Shown here: in pieces, positions 50,400 through 63,262 of the stretch
Numbering within the stretch: position 1 is the first letter of the stretch
Layout: every line of letters begins with the position of its first letter
Assembly: GCA_044892505.1 (NCBI GenBank)
Contig: CM097883.1
Coordinates: forward strand, 393,204,001 to 393,268,000
Length of the DNA: 64,000 nt
Direction of reading: 5' to 3'
Origin: Schmidtea nova
Lineage: Eukaryota
The notes under the pieces: generated by a model
The model's input: the letters and a program-made list of their open reading frames with translations, nothing else
Database searches by the model: none
What the model was told of the DNA's origin: nothing
Program-made: the position numbers and the translations under genes

Positions 50400-51360
50400 C
50401 AGGTTTTATTTCTCAAAATAATTTCCTTTGATATCGACATATTTTTTCCAGCGATTAACCAAGTCAAAGAAAAACGATTTTGAAGAACTCTGAAGAGTTA
50501 TCGATGAAAATTTCCATCACTGCATCTTTCAATATCCTCTTTTGGAGCAAAGTTCTGGCCTCTCAAGCTCTTTATAAGGTGTTTGAATATGAACAATCCA
50601 GATTGGGTCAGATAAGGACTATAGGGAGGATGCTGTAGCAATTCAAGTCCACAGCTCTCAATTTTTGATGTCGAAACCATACTGGCGTAAATGAAAGATT
50701 TTTTATGCCAATAATATAGTTTAAAAACCCGGATTTTCATTCTGAGCTTTATGGCACTTTTCACGAGGTTCGAGTAGTAGGCATTTTAAATCTTAACACT
50801 ATTCACGGTAATATTATATAAAATAATGTCATTAACATTTAAGAAGACAGAGAGCGTCAAATAATTTATGGCCCTCATTTTCTTCGAACTTGGCTCTGCT
50901 GGAAATTTCCATTCTTGGGATTCTTGCCTTGACTCTAGGACAGTGATAGTGGAGCTTCATTCATGATTATTATGTTGTCCAAGAAACTGTAACCAAAACG
51001 ATAAAAAATCTTCAAATTCTTCTTTCAGTGTTCAATACGTTGATGTTGTATTTTCGTTGTTAAAACCTTGACACGAAATAAGAACATAATTTTCTTATGC
51101 TATTTTCAGCAAGTAAAGTGTAAACGGTATCTTTATTTACATTCAGACGTATTGCTAATTCATCCATTTTTTACAATTGTCTTCAGCTTTTCGATAATTT
51201 CTACACTAATTTCACAAGGTGTTCTTGGCTTGTCTTTGTCGACAACAGAGGTTCTACCTCCGTGGAAGCTGTTGTACCAGACGTTAAATACAATAGTTAA
51301 AGTTTTAATAATATCCATTGAATACCAACACAAAATATTTATTAAATTCAAAAACAAAAC
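50400..51360 (-). mobile_element. Decayed mariner (Tc1/mariner) transposase
   Basis: VWYNSFHGGRTSVVD..PRTP, RKLCSYFVSRFLT, ESQEWKFPAEP and LLQHPPYSPYL..F..L..LRGQNF motifs, with stops. Confidence 0.85.
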
Positions 51361-51373
51361 AATATGTTGGGTT

Positions 51374-52110
51374 CAGGGTTGCCAGATTTTGAAAACATCA
51401 TGTCGGGAGTAACGAAAAAAAATATTTCGACTGGTCTTTTTTTAGTTTATTTTTTTTTATACAGAAATTAAAAAGATACATAATTCTAATGCTATTGAAC
51501 AAAAAAAATTAAATCAATAAAATAAAACAAACAAAAAAAATTAAAAAATTAACAAAAAAAAACAAAAATAACAAAAATAAATAAAAAAATAAAATAACAA
51601 ACATAAAAATAAAAATAAAAATAAATAAACCATTACAAAATTCAATATTAATATATTAAGTTTTTGTAGCTTATACTTACTTTATTCTTTATATATTATA
51701 TTTATATAATGTGTTAAATATTACGTAGACGCACCGAGATTTATTTTAATTTTATTCAATATAAATTATATTTAGCTTCCTATCCTAATTGTATGATTGT
51801 ATCACTTAATTTATTTAATATTTTGTTCCAAACGACCATTTTAATTAATTTAGATTCTTAGAATACACAAATAAACAATAAGTAAATTTAGACATCAGAA
51901 CAATATTTATAGGCAAAACACAATGCGCAAAATGTCAAAAAAAGTTCACTATTTTCACCCAATTGGCATTACTTCAAAATGTTAAGTGATGACAACTGCT
52001 GAAAAAACTTAATTTACAAATCGGGAGTTTTTGGCATGTATATCGGGAGTCGGGAAATATACTTTCATAACGGGAGACTCCCGACGAAATCGGGAGGTCT
52101 GGCAACCCTG
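51374..52110. mobile_element. hAT-type non-autonomous element
   Basis: TIRs CAGGGTTGCCAGA / TCTGGCAACCCTG; 8-bp TSD gttgggtt/cttgggtt (7 of 8 match). Confidence 0.85.
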
Positions 52111-52368
52111 CTTGGGTTCTCCATTAGCTCGGGTTTCCTATTAGCCAATTAGCTCAATTAATTTTTAAATTCTTTTCTCCTGGGATCCTCCATTAATTTA
52201 ATTTTTTTTCATTTTTGGATTCGTCTCAATTTTCGGCATCCACCCATACCAATTTCCCCTGCTAAATCTCTATTTTCAAATTTTCTCAATTTTCTATTTT
52301 TATTGATTTTTACTAAGTTTTTATGGTTTTTACTTTTGTATTTGACTAATTTGCATTAAACCCCAACA
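52111..52368 (-). repeat. Diverged partial LTR related to 2865-3719
   Basis: Reverse strand begins TGTTGGGG and contains ggggaaattggtatggg..gatgcc..gagacgaat and the aaacccgagc repeats. Confidence 0.75.
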
Positions 52369-52417
52369 ATATTATTTTTTGCCATATCTTTTTCACAGAT
52401 TCTGAAATAGTATACAC

Positions 52418-52722
52418 CAGGAGTGGGCAAACCTTTTAGTACAAGGGCCGCATACAAAGTTTCAAAATTTTGAAGGGCCGCATAGTATAAAAGTGAAATA
52501 ATTAATATCGATAATAGCTATAAAATAGGTTTTTGAAGAAAAAACAATGTTCTCCCATTTATTATTTTAAGGTTGAAACATATTTGCTTGAAAAATAAAG
52601 AAACTCTGTTGAAACTTTATTTTTTAATTTTTTAAAAGAAATCTAACTTGGTCTTAGTGGGCCGCATAAAAAATATTATTCAGGCCACATGCGGCCCGAG
52701 GGCCGTAGTTTGCCCATCCCTG
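52418..52722. mobile_element. hAT/Charlie-like MITE
   Basis: TIRs CAGGAGTGGGCAACC / AGTTTGCCCATCCCTG; TSD gtatacac/gagtacac (6 of 8 match). Confidence 0.8.
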
Positions 52723-53035
52723 GAGTACACTGATTCTGGAATGTCCGAAGACCGACGGCAAGTCAGCCCTAATCTTATGTCAATAGACTTGCTTGTTGTA
52801 TTAAATAATTTTGATATTTAATTTGTTTGGAGGTTGTTTTGAGAAATAATTTTTAATTGTCGAATCTTGTTATCATATCATTGAACAAGGGATATCTAAA
52901 TTTTCCTACCGAAATCATTATAAACCAAACAAAGCAATAACAATAAAAATGAATTCATGTCATGAAATATTGAAAGGGATGATATCAATTATTGTCTAGT
53001 AATTATTAGAATATTACGATAATATTTTTATTTAC

Positions 53036-53292
53036 TTTGATAAGATTTTTAACGCATGAATTGACCAAACATCGCTTAATGGATTACTGCCTTGATATGC
53101 CGGCCTTTCAATTGGATTAGACGGACACGGAGTCCTTTGATTGTATGGGATGGCTGTGAACGATTCCAACGCATGGCATAAAACGTCAAACCCACTATAA
53201 CATGAAACATCTCTAGGCAGAAATGCTGTATGATTTGGATCGACAATACCCAAAGTGGGTTTCAGAGCTCGTTGAGAAATACCCACTTTTGC
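53036..53292 (-). CDS. ADHFE1: ADHFE1 exon 4
   Basis: AKVGISQRALKPTLGIVDP..SGFDVLCHALESFTA..RPAYQGSNPLSDVWS; AG/GT boundaries. Confidence 0.95.
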
Positions 53293-53334
53293 CTATTTTC
53301 AGCTCAAAATTATTTTTAGGTTAATTTCTTATAC

Positions 53335-53511
53335 TTTCATGGAAATTAAATCGAAAATTGCCACCCCGGTAGTTTCACTACCAGTGCCAGACGTGGTAGG
53401 GACAGCTATCATGGGTTTTAAAGGAGTTCGAATGAGTTTACCTTTACCTATTGGCACATTTACGTAATCTAGTAATTCAGCTTCATTGTCTGTTGTCAGC
53501 AAATTAATTAC
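53335..53511 (-). CDS. ADHFE1: ADHFE1 exon 3
   Basis: LLDYVNVPIGKG..PLKPMIAVPTTSGTGSETTGVAIFD; AG/GT boundaries, phase 0. Confidence 0.95.
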
Positions 53512-53687
53512 CTGAATTAATATTAATTAAAAAAATTAATAATAATAATAATATGAAAAAGAAATGTAAATTTGTTTGATGAAAGTAAGTGGTTATGTTT
53601 TATGTTAGTGCAGTTACTGAGGAGGATATCGGGCTGCAGTCGTCCCTTCTTACAGAGCTCCCACAATTATATAGAAATCAAGTACAA

Positions 53688-54041
53688 CAGAGGTGTCAAA
53701 CTCGCAGCCTGCAACGAACAGTTTTGCGAACATTTTTCAGTTATGCAAGGCAATAAGTCTCCTGTTAGAAACCGTATTAATGACGCTCACCTTGGGAAAG
53801 CGTCACTGTTAAAAGTCATCATTGCGAACAAAATTTCTTCCGAAATTGGAAAGATAGTAGCAGAGTAGAGATGTCAAGTGTCAGGACGTAATTACTAAAA
53901 TTTTCTTGTTCTTTTAAATATGTTTATTATGTATTTTTCGAAATAAACCTAAATTTCTATGAATATTGATTTTTTTGCGGCCCACCTTAAGTAAAACCTT
54001 GTTTGTTTGGCCCAAGTTAGCCTATCAGTTTGACACCCTTG
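53688..54041. mobile_element. hAT-like MITE
   Basis: TIRs CAGAGGTGTCAAACT / AGTTTGACACCCTTG; TSD degenerate (5 of 8 match). Confidence 0.6.
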
Positions 54042-54875
54042 TGCTACAAGAGTGATTTATTAATGAAAAAAGTAAATAAAAATAACGATTTAAACATGTT
54101 TATATAAAATATTAACATATAAACTAATCATTTAGTTTAATCATTATTATTCTAAATAACTTCTTTGATCGGTTAGAAAGATTAGCGAGGTTTAAGACCC
54201 CGACAAGGCGAGACAAATTATCTGATGAATCATCCAAGGGAAATGGAGCCATGTAAATCAGTAAATTAAAGCTTATACTCAGGATGAGAGGCTTCTTAAC
54301 GCAAAGGGGAAATGGTGAAAGAGATGATCGCCCAAGACAGTAGAATAAATGTGGCACGAACCACGAATTTATCTAAACAAATGTTGAAAATTAGCCAAAA
54401 CCCATAAACAGAACCCTATTTTTAATAAAAGAAAACTTTATATGATAAATTTGCAACAGCATTTTAAAGTGCGCTACATATAAGATATGAACATAGGTCA
54501 CTATGAGTGCTTACGATGCAGTATTGATCACAGAGATCAACAAATAATGACAGTGAACTTAGCCTACAATAACATTTTAAAATCGACGATAAGTAAAGTG
54601 AAAAAATTCAAAATTTTTAAAATAAAGATGGAAGATAAAACATTTAAAAAAAGAGAAAAATTTAAAGCACACCACCCACTACCACTAAACTTAAGGCAGC
54701 GGGTATATAAGCGACAGGGTTACACAGTCGATAAGAGCAGAAAATTTGCAGCCATGTTGACGAATAAATTTTTAAATCAAAGGCGAACAAGTTACTTATT
54801 AGAAGAAACCTTGATGCGAATTGTTAAGGTTAAATTATTGTTATTTTTATTATGTACTTTCTTCTGACGGGCACA

Positions 54876-55386
54876 TGATGCCCCCTTTGTAGTTAGTGTA
54901 TTGTTGTGTGCGTGCATGAATTCTTGTATGTGATTATAATTAGCATTTATTAAAAGTTAAAAATTATAAAAATTAAATAAAAAACAAAAATCGATAGAAA
55001 AATTATAAAGTTTAAATAACTATAGAAATATAAACTTGAAATTAAAAAGTTGAAAAAAAATAAAATACACAGTTGGAGAAGATTGAATTTGGAAAAATAA
55101 TAAATCAGAATAGAAATAAAAGAGAAAATTTCAGAAATAAGAAGGTTAAAGAAGATTGAAAATTTATATTATCATTGTATATTTATTCACCGTGAGTAGT
55201 GTTTTTTTTCTTTTGTATTAAATAAAGTTTATGGTTAAAATTCGTTGGTTGTTATAAACATAGATATATACGAGCATATGATCATACATGACAATTACAT
55301 ACACACGCACACATTCACACAACTGAACATAGCACTCACCCCAACTGTCCCTATACAATTTTTACTGGAGACTGTTAGGCTCTACA
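54876..55386. mobile_element. LTR-like repeat related to 1491-2183
   Basis: TG...CA ends and shared start and end motifs with 1491-2183; no TSD. Confidence 0.45.
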
Positions 55387-55404
55387 TTTTCCTCCACAAC
55401 AAAC

Positions 55405-55872
55405 ATTAGCTCGGGTTTCCCATTAGGCAATTAATTATTTTTATTAATTTGTATTTTCTTTATATTTCTTTCTGGGGCCCCTTTTCAATTTTATATACCC
55501 ATATTTGAATTCGTCTCATCATTTGGCATCCTACCATACCAGTTTCCCTCTTTAAATCTTTAGTTTTGAATTTTATAAAATTTTAATTAATGTTTGCACT
55601 TTTATTATTATTTTTCCAATTTTGTATTTTTATTGATTTGCACATAGCTTTCGTGCCTTACTTTCTGTTTATTTTAACAACCCAAACATGTCTCTCTCCT
55701 TATTTAAGATTCGTTCTCGAATCTATAATATTTAAATGTGCAATGGATTGATAGCGATTGTCTTATAAAAAGAACTCTGCAGCCAGACTTCAATCAATGC
55801 TGCTACCGGGAATTTATCGTCTCGATTACCAATAATAATATTACTGTAGTATTAATAATGCTAAATAATAAT

Positions 55873-55914
<42 letters not shown>

Positions 55915-58900
55915 TGTAATGATATGTTACGCCCAATAATCACTGTAACTAATCTAATAGCTATACCATCGTAGTCACTATAAATTTGACAATTAGTACA
56001 ATAGCTATACCAATAATAATAACGATAGCAATAACAATCCCGATTAATAATTATAACAATAATAACTGAAATAATAGTAATGATAAATAATTTCAATCAT
56101 AATTANNNNNNNNNNNNNNNNNNNNNNNNNNNNNNNNNNNNNNNNNNNNNNNNNNNNNNNNNNNNNNNNNNNNNNNNNNNNNNNNNNNNNNNNNNNNNNN
56201 NNNNNNNNNNNNNNNNNNNNNNNNNNNNNNNNNNNNNNNNNNNNNNNNNNNNNNNNNNNNNNNNNNNNNNNNNNNNNNNNNNNNNNNNNNNNNNNNNNNN
56301 NNNNNNNNNNNNNNNNNNNNNNNNNNNNNNNNNNNNNNNNNNNNNNNNNNNNNNNNNNNNNNNNNNNNNNNNNNNATTATTATTTTTAATAATAATAAAA
56401 ACTACTAATTATAATAATTATAATAGAAATAAATTTATTTAATTTGAGAAAGTTCTATAATTAAGTCTGATATGTTGAGTTGTCTTTATCTTCGGACAAC
56501 GAAAATTTAACAAAATATTTGTTTGTAGCTGCTGCTTTGAAAATAATTTGATGAATCGAATAGAAGACATTTCTAATAAGAGAAAGTAACGGACTTCTGA
56601 TAATATTTGTTAATTTAATTTATCTTTTCAGTGGGAAAAGTTGTTAGTTTTTACGTGATTTGTGCACCACAGAAATTACTCTCTGTGAAAATTAGATTTC
56701 GCGCCGCTTATTGAATTATAAGTGTCCGAATTTTTGACCAAATTTTGCCCGAAAAAAAAATCAGAGATGAGAGAGAAAGCCACCGCACATATAAGTGGCG
56801 GCCTCCTCGTTTTATTTTCATATAGATATTTTGATTTTGATTTTATGCGGCCATTTGGCCAATTTGTAAGTGCAAATGTTATTATTATATTTTCTTAATG
56901 ATAACAATATATAATATTAATAATATATTGCACTTTCGATGCAAAAAATGTGAAAAAAGATTCAGCGTGTAACACGATACATAGAGGAATTGTGTCAATT
57001 AATTGTGCACAATTAACGGCCATTTTACTTATGAAATAAAAAAACGAATCTAGCGAGATCTCATTCATAAATTATTTGCACTTATATTAATATTTTATTT
57101 GGGCGGAATTCGATTTAATTTATAATAACTAGTTGGCTTTTTGTCCGTTTGACAACTACTGACTCCAATTCCTAAGGGTTCTGCATTTGCAACAATGAAT
57201 TCCGTTTCCAATCATCTAGAAAAAAGCGCTGCTTCGGTACATAGGAATCAACGGAAAATGTTACGTTAAGCAAAAAATTTTAGATTAAATATTTCATTAA
57301 ATATTTATTTACATTTAATGTTACAATAGATTCAATTCATTGTTTGTTATGAACAATAATGATGTAANNNNNNNNNNNNNNNNNNNNNNNNNNNNNNNNN
57401 NNNNNNNNNNNNNNNNNNNNNNNNNNNNNNNNNNNNNNNNNNNNNNNNNNNNNNNNNNNNNNNNNNNNNNNNNNNNNNNNNNNNNNNNNNNNNNNNNNNN
57501 NNNNNNNNNNNNNNNNCTTTTCATAAGAGCTATTTTACTTTATAACTATATACACTATCGTTAAATAATTATAAACAACCTAAAAATTTATTATATTTCT
57601 CCGAGTTTTAGAAAAAAATTTGACTGAAAGCCAACTTCTCTATTTTTTAAAGTTCAAAATGCGAAATTCCATTTATATTTAATTTATTAATTTTTCCAAT
57701 TATTTAAAATATAAATACATATATGACGGAGGCACTACAATAACCATAATGCATTTGAGAATTTTTGAGAAATAATCGATACATATGCAGGGATGTTTGA
57801 TGGTAATTTGGGATCGAATCTGAATGAACAGGTTTATAATAATGATAATAATTCATTAATGATATGGATGATGAATTTAAAAATACTTTAGTGTATTCTA
57901 TTTATTACCCTTTGAGAGGTATGGTGTGCACAGTCGATCACCTCAAACGCCGCTCAGGGTAACCACACCCGGTGATTTATGTGTCTTAGATTGTACCCCC
58001 AGCAACCTTTATCGCCTTAAAAAAAATTTTAAATATTCGAAATAGTACTATTGATACTTTACTAATGATAATTGGAATGATAGATATTTTTTTGAAGTTA
58101 GAAGCTTCTTGCTGAGAAAAATTTGTCTTAGTCTTATTTTATTTTTTTATTAATTAACTATTTCGTAATGATTTATTTTATTATGTACTTTATAATTTAT
58201 ATTGATTTATTTTATTATGTTATTGCCACCTCCTTAATACTACTACTAACAATGATAGTAACGATAATATACTTTTACTCTACCATTAATAATATTGTAC
58301 CTAGACATTCCCATTATCGTGACAACAATATAATTATAATAATGATACTAGTAATAATAACAATGATAATAATTGAAATGGTGAATAATTGTAATAATAC
58401 ATCCGATCGAAATAATATTGATAATAGTAATTGGAATGATGAACCTCCTAATCGATATGATGGTTCTGAAATTGGTGTTGAAATTAGAAGTAAAAACGAA
58501 GATTGTCTTGGTTATTCATTTTTATTATGTATTAATTATTACTCTATAATAATATAAATTTTGTCTTATAATTAAAATTAATGATTCATTTTATTATTTT
58601 ATTCAATTTTTCAAACGTCTTTTTTTGGATTTATTTTATTACCTAATTTTGTTGTTTTATTTTTTTTTTGCCAACGTAGACTTTGTCTGCTACTTACTAA
58701 TAATGACATTAACGATAATGCGCTTTTATCGCCCTAATATTATTACAAAGATATAATAACAATAATAATACTATGATTCATTATAATATTTATAATGACA
58801 ATACTTTAAACTGAATATAGTAATAATAAATGCCAACTTTCAATCGCTGCTCAAGGAAGTGCAACCCCAGTGATTATGAGTTGTTGGTTTTTATTTAGTT

Positions 58901-59800
58901 CTAAATTTTATTCATTAGATATAATATTTATAATGATAATACTCTATGCTGAATATAGTAATAATAACTGGAAGTTATTTTTCTCACCATTACCTTTCAA
59001 CCACTTTGGCGACATTCGTTTTGGGCTTCATTGCACATTATTTTTAGACCAACTTTGACTATTACTATGTCCCATCCTTTGACAATAATCACACTGGATT
59101 GGAGTTGGACATTTTGGAGATCTATTTTTGAACCAACATTGATTAATATGATGTCCTATCCGTTGACAATTGATGCATTGTATTGACCTCTCCTTTTATT
59201 TAATTTGAACATTTGTTGATTTTCTCGTCTCAAATCTTTGTCTAAACGTTGGCGATGGACTAATTGATAGCTGAAGCCGATTGTTTTTGACTGAAGTTAC
59301 GGATCTTTCTCTGTGTTCATTAATGATGGCAAACGATTCTGATTTTTACTGTGAGCTTTTCAAATTCAACTCAATTTTCATCGCTTTTTTGATCAATTCA
59401 TCAAAGTTATTGAAGTCTACATCACATAAAACTTTTTTGATTTCCTTTTTGACTCCTGATAAGAGCTCGTCTTGTAACAATTCCTTTACCTGCTTTACCA
59501 CTTAAATCTGTTCTGGTTTTACCTAGAATGCCTTTTCTGCAAGAGTTGTAAAATGGTACGCGTATTCACTTACAGATTCATCTGATTTTTGCACTTGGTT
59601 ATAGAACTTCTCTCGCATTATCCGTTTTATATCCCCCAATTAACATCGCTGCCAAGGCATCTTTCGGTTTCATCCAGTTATTAACAATTGTTCGTTTATC
59701 GATTTGTTGCCAGGCCTGTCTCGCTGCTCAGTTTAGATATAGTAGCAGCCTTTGCACAATTGTCTCTTGGCTAGATCCATAGGCCGTGGCATGAGTACTC
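55405..59800 (-). mobile_element. Decayed, internally deleted second copy of the gag-Bcl-2 LTR family, in ADHFE1 intron 2
   Basis: Partial 3' LTR 55405-55688, PPT and hairpin 55689-55724, ATT-rich tracts, GC island near 56760-56810, gag remnant 58975-59800. Confidence 0.85.
58975..59800 (-). pseudogene. gag: gag remnant collinear with about 4165-4987
   Basis: Reverse complement follows the intact gag nucleotide sequence through knuckles 1-2, with several stops. Confidence 0.9.
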
Positions 59801-60730
59801 TCAACGAAAGAGTACCAATAACCTTCTACCGGCGTTACTTGAATTCAATGAATTGCCTGGACATTAGCAATTATTCTTTTGCAGACATATTCCCCACTTG
59901 GCACAGTACCAACGTTGCCTAGCAATTGTTTCCAAGCTGGAAGAATTATTTATTTTTATGTCGATATGTCTGTGTTAGGCATGAAGCAAAAACAGCCACC
60001 ATTACCTAGCATGGGTGTATACGCAATGAACAGTATGGACGCTAGCTAACGGTATGTTGTGCTAAAAATCGCAGTCATGAAAAAGCAAATTGCGCGTAAA
60101 TCACTAATAGCGACCATGAACACGAAATAAGTAGTTTAGGGGAGCAATTTCATTATAAACGGGTAGTCATGGATACACGAGTAAGATCATTTTCAGGAAT
60201 TATGAATATGTTGAGGTATGGTAACTTTAACTATAGAATATTTAAATTTAACAACTTATACACCAACAACAGTTAAAGAAATAGTTTCTGAAATGTTTTT
60301 ATTTCAAACCAACACTTACTTCGGGACATAAATCTTTCCCAATTGAACAATGATTTTGGAACATCGGAAGCATTAATTATAATAAATTCATTCAACATAT
60401 TACAGTTTGTTTTAATATATTAAGTTTAAGGTCTTTTATGAGGAATTACAAATATATCATCATTTAAATCAATAAATATTCCATCATGAAAATTATTCTG
60501 TCATTAAGAAAAATGTTTTGTAAAGTAATCGGATTATACGAATATTCCATAACTGTTGGAAAGGTTTTCATTGAATATCGAAGCTGAGAAATTCGTGTAA
60601 ACCAAAATTATTAAAATTTCAATAATTATAACAACGTTATTAAGTGCGAAGGAATTAACAGAAATTAATTATAAAAAAATTTGTTAAATAAATATAAAAT
60701 TTATAATTAATAAATAATAATAACTTTTAC

Positions 60731-60952
60731 CTTACACGTATCAATTGCAGAGCCACCTCCAATTGCTACAAATATGTCATAAGGCTTAGATTTGTTCCGG
60801 GCAAAATTTACAGCGTGCATCATACTGACATCAGTTGGCTCTATGTGGACTTGGTCATACAAATCATAATCAATCCCATGTTTTGATAATGAATCAAGCG
60901 CAACCTGAAAACTTGGCAACTGTGCTACATTCTTGTCAGTTACCAATAATGC
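60731..60952 (-). CDS. ADHFE1: ADHFE1 exon 2
   Basis: ALLVTDKNVAQLP..YDQVHIEPTD..FVAIGGGSAIDTCK; AG/GT boundaries, phase 0. Confidence 0.95.
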
Positions 60953-60999
60953 CTAAACACGAATAAAATTTAATTGACTCAAAGTAAATGATTATTAAC

Positions 61000-61215
61000 T
61001 TTTTTACAATTGAAATTTATGATATCCATTCCGATTTCTTTCGTAACACCAGGTCCATAACGAATGTTAGAACAGGCCATTTCAAAAGCGTATTCACATT
61101 GAGATGGATTCAATTTATTTGTGCTTGCAAATCCACACGTAGAATGGGCTGGACATCTTGTACCACTATTAATAATTTCTTTCATCAATGATATAACACG
61201 GATTTTATGGACCAT
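61000..61215 (-). CDS. ADHFE1: ADHFE1 exon 1 (hydroxyacid-oxoacid transhydrogenase; six exons total 1425 nt, 474 aa)
   Basis: MVHKIRVISLM..RCPAHS..EYAFEMACSNIRYGPGVTKEIGMD; the six exons join in frame. Confidence 0.9.
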
Positions 61216-61829
61216 TTTTAAGATTTTGTAAAATGTGTAATTTTCAAAAAATTCAGATTCTGAAATAATATCACAAAACACTTTAATGTTAAAATTTTAC
61301 AAAAATAGTTTTTTTAATAGGTTACTTGAGAAATACGAAGCTAAAATGTTATATAGATTATTTTTTGAAATTAGTAATTTATTATATTATTATTAATGAA
61401 ATATATTTATATATGTGTGTGATTTATATTCTAAAATCTTATGTATAAATTTTTCTAACTGATGAAAGTGCAAAAGTTCACGAGGCCTTGATATTTTTAT
61501 AAAATGAAAATATTTTTTTTATAATTTAAAATTTAGTAATTAAATAACTTTATGAATCGGAAGAATATTTCATTTATTTCTGAAAATAGATCTAACAAAT
61601 ATTTTAAAACAGTAAATTGTTGGACAAAAACTGAAATTTGTTTAAATAAAACGGTAATACTGCATGTAGAGAGCGCGCAAGAAGTAAACTTAAAATTCTT
61701 TCTTGAGAAACACCAAGTAAAACAAAGTAACAACAACACACATAAAAATATAAATGAATAAAAGCTTACCAAGTATACTAGTGCTGGTTTGTTGGTTTGG
61801 TCTTTAAACTGAGATTTTTATTGATGTTA

Positions 61830-62280
61830 TCATTAGGGTAATCTCACCAACATAAAAACATTCACCCCTCTGATACCCATGACTTGTCCCTAATTACTCA
61901 CCATGTTGGTAATGTATCTATCGTTGTAGAATGATGAGGCAGGTGAGCAACCTTGCGGCTACTATTCCCTCATTTATCTACGGTTCCACCACTGTCGATA
62001 GAAGACCTATGTAGATTTCGTCTGGTCCCAACTTAACTTTCTTGCTCACATCGTTTCGTTTTAGGGTTTACTTTAAGTAACTATCTTAATATCAGACATC
62101 AAGAAATAATAGTAATAATATTTATTTAAAAACAACTCGTTCTTGTTGATTATTTAAACAACATTGTTTTTTAATAATCATTACATTACTTTCCCCTCCT
62201 CAACTTTGATGCCATCTCTTCAGCCATTCCATCCGTCTCGGTCGTCTAGCATCCGGAAATTGTAGCTCGACCTGGTGTTC
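61830..62280 (-). repeat. Tail remnant of the ORF-A/ORF-B cassette element
   Basis: GCAGGTGAGC at 61939 with downstream similarity to 19428-19500; TTETDG-like ORF-B C-terminal remnant near 62230. Confidence 0.45.
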
Positions 62281-62717
62281 CGACAAAAATCTAACAATCT
62301 TATATGGTCCATTGTTTCAGCCAAAGTTTGCCTGAACAAACTTTGGCTGCTTTTTGCTGCATGTAATTTCGGTTTAATTGATCAGCGTCTGTGTGCGCAT
62401 TTTTTAATTACTGTTGCGCCTGTGTGCGTGTATTCTGAATTAATTCTCGCGTCTGTGTGCAGTTTATTGTAAATTTTAGCTACACGCGTCTGTGTGCGCA
62501 AGATTATTTTGCAAATTGGAGATTTTTTTAGGATTTATTGTTTAAATATTCTGATGGAATTTTAGTTTTCGATATTTTTTGATTTTGAATTTAGTTCCGA
62601 TTTGGATGAATTGGGTGAATTTAGGAATTTAGATTTGTTTCTTTGAATTCCGGCTAAAAGGGGTATCAAAAATGGAATTTTCATTGTTTATCTATCCTTT
62701 CGCTTTCGATGTGGAAA

Positions 62718-62940
62718 ATGGAACATTCATTGCGTGATTCGTTTTGTGTTGTTAAAAGGGCACTGGAAAGTAAATCTGTTGTTCCTAGTGGAGGCGCATG
62801 TGAAGCCGCTTTGCATGTATATCTCGAGAAATATGCTATGACGATTAGTTCCAGAGAACAAATTGCAATTGCTGGATTCGCTAAAGCCTTGTTGGTTATT
62901 CCCAAGCAGTTGGCTGTCAATGCTGCCTTGGATCCTACTG
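62718..62940 (+). pseudogene. TCP1: Chaperonin CCT-alpha fragment
   Basis: MEHSLRDSFCVVKRALESKSVVPSGGACEAALHVYLEKYA..SREQIAIAGFAKALLVIPKQLAVNAA. Confidence 0.85.
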
Positions 62941-63262
62941 AAATGTATCCTGAATCAAGACTCTGCTGGTTTAACAAAATGATATTTGATGACAATTTAA
63001 CCCAGTTTACTGTGATCGGTAGATTGTTTGGTCTCGCAATTTACAATAACTTTATGATTGATCCTCACTCTCCTCGTGTAATGTTCGAAACATTGTTCAA
63101 TGAAAAGGCTAATCTAGATGATTTAATCGAGCTCAATCCAACCTTGGGGAAATCATTACAGACATTACTTCATTTCGATCAAGGTGATTTTGAGGACATA
63201 TTTATGATTAATTGTGTTATCTCTCTCGAGTCAATTGATAATAAAATCCTTGAAACAGTGTT
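62941..63262 (+). pseudogene. HECT E3 ligase (HERC-like) N-lobe fragment, in frame with the TCP1 fragment
   Basis: SRLCWF..IGRLFGLAIYN..LDDLIELNPTLGKSLQTLL..FEDIF. Confidence 0.8.

Noticed and set aside
54124-54867. ORFs 54124-54357(-) and 54487-54867(+)
   Set aside because: No recognisable motifs or second copies in the window; probably TE debris beside an LTR-like repeat.
58168-58557. 129-aa I/N-rich ORF
   Set aside because: Arises from the AAT-rich tract of the decayed LTR element.
60040-60140. FLYWCH/MULE-like C..C..H.H pattern
   Set aside because: Very short and interrupted; no transposase motifs.
61770-61800. Possible upstream ADHFE1 exon (GTAAG donor at 61769)
   Set aside because: The coding sequence is complete from ATG 61215; this could only be a 5' UTR exon and cannot be supported without transcripts.
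62385-62500. CRISPR-like repeat-spacer appearance of the GCGTCTGTGTGCGCA motifs
   Set aside because: Repeats are short, degenerate and irregularly spaced, in a eukaryotic context with no cas genes; better explained as transposon subterminal repeats.
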